Origin: Eledone cirrhosa
Taxonomy: Eukaryota
NCBI GenBank assembly: GCA_964016885.1
Contig: OZ024740.1
Span: 115,692,001-115,756,000 of the forward strand
DNA length: 64,000 nucleotides
Direction of reading: 5' to 3'
The notes below the pieces were generated by a model. The model was not told the origin of the DNA, made no database searches, and worked only from the letters and a program-made list of their open reading frames with translations. Position 1 is the first letter of the stretch. Each line of letters starts with the position of its first letter. The position numbers were made by a program, and so were the translations under genes. Positions 54,526-64,000 of this stretch are shown one piece after another.

Positions 54526-55634
54526 CGCCCAATTACCCCCAACACACACAAAAAATGTTTTTAAATGACAACAGAAATCTGAAAAGGATGAAACGAACAT
54601 ACAGAGGACTCTAGTGCATCAATTTTCCCTTTCCCCACACCTATACATCTTCCCCAATCTTAATTTTCAACCATAGCTTAACACCATTTAAGCTCCCTTC
54701 TTAGGCCTCCTTCACAGACAATGTCCATGTCCAACTTGTATACTTGTGCCCATCACAACCCCCCCCCCCCACCTTTCATACCCCTTGCACACCTTCCCTG
54801 TCCAATCTAGACACACAAACATGGAGAGTTGGACATGCTCCACACCTACGCTCCCATAATGATGCAACTACAACCAAAAAGCACGCAGTCCATCCTGTAA
54901 GGGTGTTGTACTCGTGACAGGTCAAAAAGTACCCACTCCACCCTGTAAAGTGGCCATGCAGGTAGCATGGTAAAAAGTGCCCAGACAACCCCGTAGGCGA
55001 ATGTGGTGGTACCATAACAAAAAGTATCCGGTACATGGTATTGCATGGTTGACATTAGGAAAGGCATCTAGCCATTGAAACCAAACCCAAAACAAATCCG
55101 TACGAGCCAGACATGGTCACCTGAACTGACTTAACTCAACGTGACAGCCCGTTTATTTTCCGTGTTTGCATGTGTGTGCGTTTGAATCTGAAAGCCTAGC
55201 CATTGGGTACATGGCAGAGATGAAAACGAAGAGAAGAAAGGAAGAAGATAAAACAAGAAATTAATATATTTTATTCATATTCGATAAAAAGAACTTTATC
55301 TCTGTTTCAAACTCTACACAATAGTTTTAATGCAAACATTGAATTTTTAAGTAATTAACGCTGCATTTGAGAGTGCGGAGTGGATGGGAGGGGGTCGTAA
55401 ATATTTTTTAATGATAATTTTTCTGATTGTTTCCTAATCAATTTCCAGTATACAGGATTTCAAAATCACAAATAAAAATTCAATACAATTCAATATAGAA
55501 TTTTTCGACGGTATTCATAATTGTCAAATTATGGTCCATGGGAGATAACTGTGTAACTTCGCCACAAATCATTCTCTGCTAAACGCCATAACGTCTTCTC
55601 TCGTTCTTAGTATTGAATTAAGAAAACATTATCA

Positions 55635-55822
55635 TTTGGCAGTATCGGTAGAGGGTCGGCGCCATGTTTTCCAGCATAGAGTTACGTTCCTTTACGGTCT
55701 GAGTTCAAATCCCGCCGAGGCTAACTTTGTCTTTCATCCTTACGGGGTCGATAAAATAAAGTACCAGTAATGCACTGAGACAATTGCTGGCCTTGTGCCA
55801 AAAGTAGAAACAATTATTATTA
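55635..55822 (+). mobile_element. tRNA-derived SINE, full length
   Basis: ttggcagtatcggtagag...gagttcaaatcccgcc...caattattattat. Confidence 0.9.
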
Positions 55823-55824
55823 TC

Positions 55825-57485
55825 TGACGAGGAGCTATGGCGAAAGAGGTTGTGTGGTTGATGCGATTGAAAGGGTTGGGAAGAGGCACTTCCACTTCGG
55901 CGAACCCTGATTATCTTTCTCAAGTTTTACTTCAAGTGGTAAACCACTATAGAGAGGGAAGAGCTGCCTTCCAATCAATTTGTTGAAAGGTGGATGAAAG
56001 TTCCGAGTAAGCGGACTTGCTATGTTTATGAGCCTTTAGCTTAGAAGTGGATAACCGAGAGGAGGCACCATCTTTAGCGATTAGAGTGACCGTGGCTTTT
56101 TGTGGGATTTCTCCACGAGGGAACCCCAAATGTTTCCCCCTTATTCCACAAATTTATATTGTCTGATTTATTTACGTTTGTTTTGTTTTTTTTACTTTTT
56201 ACACAAAAGAACCCACATTGTATCGTCTATGTCATCCTTAATGTTTTCATGTGAATCCCTTGTGGTTAATAAATAAATTATTATTGTTGTTGTTATTGCG
56301 ATAACCAGTTGTATGAGGGGCGAATCGCCTGATTTGGATGATCTGCCCTATGAGCTTTACACTTACATGCTAAATTTATTCGGTGACCTCTTAGCAGCAT
56401 ACGGGAGGATTCCCAGGTTTGTGAGCCGAGGAGCAATGGCAAAGCTGAAAAACAACCTAAACAAGAGGGACTATGTCATTAATTTTAGATTCATGTGTGC
56501 TAAATGCAGAATTCAAAATTTAGCCAAGGTATTAGTGACGAGGTTGGCGCTTGTCGTCGGTGGTCTGGTAGAAGAGGCGCAAACATGCATCATACCAAAC
56601 AGATCCATCCACGACAACTTCCTCCTTATGCGATAGATCACAAACAGGGAGGCTAAGGAACGTGTCACAGGTGAAGCCTTGATCAACTTAAATCAATTGA
56701 AAGCTATCGAGAGAGTCGACCAACGGTACATGGCGGCTTTCCTCGAGGCAACCGGATTTCGATCCGTTTTCAGAGGATGAGTCGCTGCTATGCACAGCTA
56801 CATCTACTCTGAGGTTAGAGTGAACGGTTACTTCTCAAAAGCGTTCATCAACATGATCTCTGTCCGCCAAGCTGGCTCACTCTCCTTTCTGTTGTATGTA
56901 TTGACTATCGAATCACTACTATACAAATTGGAGGCGTTGAGGGGTATCCCACACAAACTAGGACACGGAAGATTCATATTAGCATATGCAGACGACGTTA
57001 CCGCAGTAACATCGAGCACTAAACACATATAATGATCGGCATTGCTCTTAGAGAGTACGAACGGTAACAGGAGTAAACATCTGTTGTAGTGCACCTGAGC
57101 ACTGTACACAATATTTTTCATGGTGGATTGGCAGTATCGGTAGAGGGTTGGGCGCCATCCTTTGCGGCAAAGAGTTACAGCCCTTTATCGTCTGAGTTCA
57201 TATCCCGCCGAGGTTAACTTTGCCTTTCATCCTTACGAGGTCGATAAAATAAAGTACCAGTAATACACTGAAATAATTGCAAATATTAAGAAGAAAAAGT
57301 CGGTGGGCTGCAGCTTGTCACCTGGAGAGGCAGGTCCAACAGAGTTGTTGGACAGACGGACCGGCTAAATTACTTAGGGTCTGGTTTTGTCAGATGGACA
57401 AAAACAGAGATGAGGTAACGAGCAGGGTGCCCGCTCTCACCCAGATATGTGCTAGAGAGGAAGCTATTCCTGAAAGTTTGGCCAG
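55825..57485 (+). mobile_element. Tx1/L1-clade non-LTR fragments (3' end with AATAAA/(TTA)n tail, then RT pieces) interrupted by a SINE
   Basis: SPDLDDLPYELY, LAKVLVTRL...QTCIIPNRSIHDN, KAIERVDQ, SVRQ..SLS.LLYVL, AYADDVT. Confidence 0.75.
57121..57280 (+). mobile_element. SINE
   Basis: Consensus match. Confidence 0.85.
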
Positions 57486-57827
57486 AAGTGGCGAATGCAT
57501 ATATCGCCACATATAGGTATATATTACCGCCTGACTGGCATGCCTTTCTCCGGTACACGTCTGTACATACATACATATTGTGTGTGCGTATATAGTAAAC
57601 TAACGGAAACAGCACGAAGTAACACTCAACCAGGTATGAGATGATAGTGTTATCAATTAAATATAATATTTAAGGAAACGCTGAATATGTCATAGCCTCA
57701 GCAAAAGTCTGCACATCATCAGCTATCGCATACCCTGCCTTCCACACACACACATATATGTATTGCACTACACCTATACCAACCAGTCTACTACGCTACA
57801 TACACATACATTAAACAGGAGCACCGG

Positions 57828-58010
57828 TGGTTTGGCAGTGTCGGACACTTTGCTTAGCGACATAAAGTTACGGCCTGAGTTCAAATCCCACCGAGGTTAG
57901 CTTTGCCTTTCATCCTTATGGGTCGATAAAATACGCACTGAGGTCGATTTAATCGACCTTCTCCTCCCCCAAATTGCTAGCCTTGTGCCTATATCAGAAA
58001 CTATTATTAC
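57828..58010 (+). mobile_element. SINE
   Basis: Consensus match. Confidence 0.8.
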
Positions 58011-58913
58011 AGACCTTCCTTCCTTCCACGTTGCTATACATTTGATCACCTGATCTAAACTGGCCAATGGAAATCCAATAACTCGTCTTCTCCGGTCCTA
58101 TTTTTATTCCGGAAATATCTATTTTCGCCATTTTATTTACATTTTATATATTTAAATTATTAATCAACAATTTGGTTGTTTTATAGAATTTATTAAACCG
58201 TAAAGCAGAGTTTTTGTGAACGAAACTCCATTGACAAGGTATATATATATATATATTACTTTAATACTTTATCATTATGTTCACATAATACAATAATTAC
58301 ATATATAGGAGCTACATTTCCAGTAATCTGTTTTACCATCTGAACATTTTCAAAACAAACTAACGAGTCCGATTAAGGTAATCTTTCGTTTTAATATCAC
58401 AGGCATTTCCATAAGTGAAAATGACTACAGTTGACTAGAATCGGCAAATGTAAATGAGATTAAAAAATGTAGAAAAGGAAGTTAACGTTACATGATTTAT
58501 CTGTATAATGGTGAAGACGGGATGCTAACCGGACTTGTTAAAACCATAACTTACCAGATGCTACAAACTACATGGCGCAGATCCATGACAAAAACAACAC
58601 ATAGTAAAAATAATACAGAATTTGACTTGAAAGAAAATGGAATGTACAGTTCACATCTATGTAGTTGCTTGTTGGGTGTTTTAATGATAGGGCTCCCACT
58701 CCTATCATGGAAGCAAACTTGTCATTGAATTCTTAGGAATGTTGACGTTGTCACAAGCTGAATATGTAGTTGTAGTTTGTAAACTTTTTTTTTTCTAATT
58801 AAAATATTTTGGTTATCTTGAACTTTCCCGCGTTAAATTATTTTTTTGTTTATTTGAATGCAATTAAGTAAGAAAGATATTATTAACATTGAATAAATAA
58901 TATTGTTGTTTTA

Positions 58914-59300
58914 TTGGGTGTATCAGCCCCCTCGTTGGTAGATTGGTACAATTTCATTCGTGACATTTGTATGCAATACTTGATCGATCATCCTGTAGAG
59001 ATGGGTGGCCCTGGAAGGACAGTTGAGGTCGATGAATCTAAATTTATGCATCGGAAATATCATTGCGGAAGGTATCGAGAAGGTCAGTGGGTTCTTGGTA
59101 TGGTGGAGCGAAATACCAATGTGACAATGATGGTACCTGTGGACCAACAAGATGCAACGACCCTTTTACCCATCATTGCTCAGTACGTTCGTCCAGGCTG
59201 ACAGTCATACAATGCCCTCCCGCACTATGCAGTTGTAAACAATCGTTTCTACTGTGTGGACCCCAACGACGCCACAATCCACACAAACCGTATGGAAGGC
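58914..59300 (+). pseudogene. Merlin/IS1016(ISXO2)-like DDE transposase fragment
   Basis: VEVDESKF..RKYH.GR....WVLGMVER...DATTLLPII..YVRPG...IHTNRMEG. Confidence 0.85.
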
Positions 59301-59301
59301 A

Positions 59302-59440
59302 TTTACGTCCCTTTACGGTCAGAGTTCAAATCCCGCTGAGGTTAACTTTGCCTTTCATCCTTACGGGGTCGATAACATAATGTACCAGTAATGTACTGGT
59401 TAATTGCTGGCCTTGTGCAAAAAGTAGAAACAATTATTAT
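59302..59440 (+). mobile_element. SINE, 5'-truncated, interrupting the Merlin fragment
   Basis: Consensus match. Confidence 0.85.
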
Positions 59441-60084
59441 GATGTATAATAGACACTTTTGAATATTATAATTTATGTTTCTTATTTACCCTTACACACT
59501 TGCACCTCTCTAAGACAATGTCACTGGACCAAGATCTTTGGCGCCATTCAGTAATACAGAAGACCAGCCTTGCCTATGTACAAAGCGAAACCTCCAGTCA
59601 GTAGACACCTCTTAACCAAATATACACCCCCAACCCACGACCCCTACTCCATCCTCCCACTCCCACCAACACCTCTCTTTTTCTGTAAAGTTATGTTGGT
59701 ACCACAACATCCAGTCCAAACTAATGAGGCCGTGTAGGTGTCACAACAACAAAAACACGCAGTCCACACTGTAATGTGGCCGTGTAGGTAACACGGTAAA
59801 AAGCTCCCAGTCCACACTGTAAATGTAGTTGGTGTTAGGAAGGGCATCCAGCCATAGAAAACCTGCCAAATAGTCCTATACAAGTGAGACACGGTCACCT
59901 GACCAATCTTGCCTCAAGTGGGACAATTCCCGTCTAACCCATGCTAGCGTGGAAGATAGATGTTAAACGATGATGATGATTTTCTGAAAATTATTTAAAA
60001 AAACAAAAAAATAATTTAACGTGGGAAAGTTCAAGATAACCAATATTTTATTCACAATTGTATAAATAGCATAACAAATTTTTT

Positions 60085-61145
60085 TTTATATAAAAAATAG
60101 TTTATACATTGTTGTATAAAATACATTGTTGTACAGAACGAAAGCACAAACAAATATAATATAAAGGAAAGGGTAAACAAAAACAAAGGAAAAGAAAAAA
60201 ACAAAACAAAGACACACGTCTAGGACCACATACAAAAGGCAGGTGAAAGGGGTGGACAACCGAGCCACTACCAGAGTAAAAGATAACAGTATCGCGAGGA
60301 GCAGTGGGAAACCTCGCTAATGATTTTTTAGGTAAGCCAGTACGCTCGCGGCGTTGCCTCAGGTGATGGTGAGGCCGATGCGCTGGAACAAGCACCACCC
60401 CGAGCTTCAACAGTTACCTCTGTTAGGCAAGCCGCAAATGAAGATAGGACTTCCCCAAACGTCTCGAACGCCACAGGCTGAAAGATGTAGTTGGCCGACA
60501 GATCACAGTATTTTAGGATTTTATTCCCTTCACTGCGGAAGCTGTGGTTCTTGCCCTAACCACAGCATCCAGGTTGTCCAGAAGTGATGGGAAAAGACTG
60601 ACGCCCTTACCCTGTGCCTCTGGTCGAGAGGCAGATGCCTTTCTGGGACATCACAGTTAGGGACTCTTGCTTCTTCCCACATCCTGGATGCTGCGGTTAG
60701 GGTGAGAGCCACAGCTTCCACAGCCAAATGGAACAAAATCCTAAAATACCGTGATCTTCTGGCCAACTATATCTTCCAGCCTGTGGCATTCGAGACGTTT
60801 GGGGGAGTCGGGCTACTGACTGCAAGATTCCTATCTTCACTGGCGGCTCGCCTAACAGAGGTAACTGGTGAAGCTCGTGGGGGCGCTTGGTTGTTCCAGC
60901 GCATCAGTCTCACCATCACCCGAGGTAATGCCGCAAGCGTGCTAGCTTGCCTCAAAAATTATTAGAGAGGTTTCCCAGTGCTCTGATAGCGTCTCGGTTG
61001 TCCACCCCTTTCACCTGCCTTTTGTTGTATGTGTTTTTTTGTTTTTCTTTTCTTTTTTTGTCTTCATTTCTCTTTCCTTTTTATTATATTTGTTTGTGCT
61101 TTCGTTCTGTAACATTGTATTATTTTTTTTATTTTTATTTATAGA
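60085..61145. mobile_element. two inverted 3' fragments of a CRE-clade (RLE-type) non-LTR retrotransposon
   Basis: Plus 60590-60965: D.LTL..W.RG...WDITVRD, KILKY, FQPVAFETFG...LFQRISLTITRGNAASVL; diverged reverse-complement copy at 60085-60520. Confidence 0.8.
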
Positions 61146-61639
61146 ATTTGTACCAGTTTTATTAACAAAAAATTAAAATTTCACCTTTCCTTAAAAAAAA
61201 AATTTCTACAGTTTAGAAATATAGTAAAATTTCCACCATTGTATCTCCCCCTTTCAAATATATTTTATATCTTATACTGTTTCTCTATTATTTCAGAATA
61301 TCCGATGACATTGGCATAACAGAATTTGTTTTACTTGAGATCCCTTGTCAATATTTATTTTTTTAAAGACTAAAAGAAGATTTTATATATATATATAAAT
61401 TTATGGTAGAATTACTTGGAAATGTTTCCTCTGTACTGAAACTAATATCAACATTTCTCTACTTCAGTGTCTGGAATGTGTACAAAATAATTTTACATTC
61501 TAATTAAACCTGACAGAGGAACTTTTAGCCTCTTGAAATATTGTCTGTTGATGGAAATATAGCAGAAGGAATATTTGTTAGGAATAAAATATAAACAAGA
61601 AGACAAATATTTGTAATTTATGGTGAGAGAGGACAAATA

Positions 61640-62824
61640 ATGGAAAATGAATTATGTGAGAATCAGGTTAAATGTAAAATAGAGCCTAAAAGTATTGATT
61701 TTCCAATAGATATAAAGCAAGAAACAGGAAAAACTTCATACCAGTGTGATATCTGTGGTAAATCATTCTCTCATAAAAGTAGCCTAGTTACTCACAAACG
61801 TATTCATACAGGAGAGACACCATATCATTGTGATGTCTGTAGTAAAACTTTTTCTCAAAAAAGTAGTCTAATCACACACACGCTTCTTCATACAGGAGAG
61901 AAACCATATCACTGTGATGTCTGTGGCAAATCATTCTCTCAAAAATGTAGTCTAATTACTCACACACTCCATCATACAGGAGAGAAACCATATCAGTGTA
62001 ATGTCTGTAAGAAGTCATTCTATCAAAAAGGTAACCTAACTACTCATATACGTATTCATACAGGTGAGAAACCATATCACTGTGATATCTGTAAGAAATC
62101 ATTTTCTCAAAAATGTGAGTTAACTGCTCACAGACGTACTCATACAGGAGAGAAACCATATCACTGTGATGTCTGTGGTGAATCATTCTCTCAGGGAAGT
62201 AACCTAACCAAACACAAAGGTATTCATTCAGGAGTGACACCATATCATTGCGATATCTGTGGTAAATCATTCATTGTAAACAGTGTCCTAACTAGACACA
62301 AGCGTACTCATTCAGGGGAAGCACAATATCGCTGTGATATCTGTGGTAAATCTTTCATAGAAAATAGTGATCTAACTAGACACATGCGTACTCATACAGG
62401 AGAAAAACCATATCACTGTGATATTTGTGGTAAATTGTTTTCTCATAAAGCTAACTTAACTAAACATACATACATTCATACAGGAGAAAGACCATATCAC
62501 TGTGATATTTGTGGTAAATCTTTCTCTGGAAATGGTGACCTAACTAGACACAAGCGTATTCATTCAGGAGAAAAACCATACCATTGTGATATCTGTGGTA
62601 AATCTTTCACTGAAAAAGGTGACCTAACTAAACACACACGTATTCATACAGGAGTAAAACCATATCTCTGTGATATCTGTGGTAAATCATTCACTGAAAA
62701 TAGTGTCCTGACTAGACACAAACGTACTCATACAGGAGAAAAACAATATCACTGTGATATCTGTAATGAATCATTCTCACAGTTAAGTAGCTTAACTAAA
62801 CATGTACGTATTCATACAGGATAG
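61640..62824 (+). CDS. tandem C2H2 zinc-finger protein, 13 fingers, single coding exon
   Basis: 13 x Y.C..C.K.F.....L..H...H with TGEKP-type linkers; candidate splice acceptor tttcag at 61291-61296. Confidence 0.93.
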   Translation: MENELCENQVKCKIEPKSIDFPIDIKQETGKTSYQCDICGKSFSHKSSLVTHKRIHTGETPYHCDVCSKTFSQKSSLITHTLLHTGEKPYHCDVCGKSFSQKCSLITHTLHHTGEKPYQCNVCKKSFYQKGNLTTHIRIHTGEKPYHCDICKKSFSQKCELTAHRRTHTGEKPYHCDVCGESFSQGSNLTKHKGIHSGVTPYHCDICGKSFIVNSVLTRHKRTHSGEAQYRCDICGKSFIENSDLTRHMRTHTGEKPYHCDICGKLFSHKANLTKHTYIHTGERPYHCDICGKSFSGNGDLTRHKRIHSGEKPYHCDICGKSFTEKGDLTKHTRIHTGVKPYLCDICGKSFTENSVLTRHKRTHTGEKQYHCDICNESFSQLSSLTKHVRIHTG

Positions 62825-64000
62825 AAGCCATATCATTAATCAGTTATTCTCTGAAAAAAGGTGACTTTACTCACAAACGTATTTATATAGGAGAGAAATC
62901 ATCACTGAATTATTTGTGGTAAATTACTCTGAAGGTGGGCACTTGACTAGACACAAATGTCTTCATGAAAGAAACCCTGTCACTGATATCTGTGGTAAAT
63001 TATTCTCTGAAGGTAGGCACTTGACTGTACATGTCTTCATACATGATAGAAACCAATCACTGGTATGTGGTAAATTATTCTCCTGAAAATGTCACTTAAA
63101 TAGACTTAAATCATTCTATAAAAAAAAGTAACTTTACATCCACTTTTTCCATGCTGACATGAGTTGGGCAAGACTTCTTGGGGGAATATTCTTCAAAGGG
63201 ATGCCTTACCTAATACAAATTCTTTTTGTTTTTAACTTAACTACTCTCAACCATATTTGTAGGAAAACAACTACATATCATTACGATATATGTGCTAACT
63301 CACCATAAATACTTTCAAACAGGAGAGCAATCATATCATATATGTAGTCACACAAGAAAGAGAATCAACAGATAACCTCCCAACACTATTTTATACAGAT
63401 ATATATAAAATATATATCTATATTGGTAAATTAACTGTGATATTTTGATTAAATCATTCTTTCAAAAAACTCATGTTCCAATCATTTGACATTGTTGGTA
63501 ATTAGCTGCTGGGCAATATATTCTCATAAATCAGAAACATCACTCTACAGCATGTTATGAATAAATACACAAACCACATGAAATATTTCATATCATTATA
63601 GAATAGAATATATAACCCATGCTAGCGTGGCAGAACGGACGTAAAACGGTGATGATGATGATGATGATATATATATTCATTCTAGATCTTTACATTCATA
63701 TATAAAATTGTATTTATACATCCCATCAAGTGCATGATTCTGTTAAGATTTATATAATTTTATCATTTTTTATATTTATCTCATGATTCCTTCATAATTT
63801 AATGGTTAAACTGGACTTAATTTACAAGTGTCAATGTAACTTTATATTTAATATAAAGTGGGTGATGTAATTTGTGAATCATCTTTCTCAATGTTTTAAT
63901 ATCACTTTCACATGTTGATATACAGGACCACATTTTCTCATTTGTTTGTCATCAGCTGTGAGGTCCTAATTTTCACCTCATCCCATTTTGTGAATATTTT

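Noticed and set aside
55635-55720. tRNA genes at SINE heads
   Set aside because: A/B-box-like motifs only; no cloverleaf, and they run into SINE body and tail
58914-59300. Bacterial IS1595/ISXO2 contamination or horizontal transfer
   Set aside because: Eukaryotic Merlin transposons share these motifs; the fragment is decayed and interrupted by a host SINE

Overview
AT-rich, microsatellite-dense animal genomic DNA. The SINE family, the (TA)n/(CA)n load and the [16 protein letters not shown]-type zinc-finger gene point to an octopus/coleoid cephalopod (inference). Only two clear host genes are present: an intronless small heat-shock protein (49591-50106) and a 13-finger C2H2 gene (61640-62824). 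The rest is transposon-derived: four Penelope-like elements (PLEs, RT + GIY-YIG) of two types, two Gypsy remnants, RTE, Tx1/L1 and CRE non-LTR fragments, Helitrons, a Merlin fragment, several MITEs and about 15 tRNA-derived SINE copies. The main signal missed by the ORF track is a dense set of type I hammerhead ribozymes (HHRs) with palindromic stem III, about 13 full-length motifs read by eye. They sit in PLE pseudo-LTRs and in several short non-coding, (TA)n-flanked fold-back elements, two of which imply ~480 and ~590 nt repeating monomers (retrozyme-like). Most of these otherwise unrelated elements share one breakpoint just before an ACTC...GAGT hairpin. Two PLEs also show an ORF1/RT junction with a conserved U_UUU_UUA -1 frameshift site. 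All alignments and folds were done by eye; coordinates may be off by a few bases.
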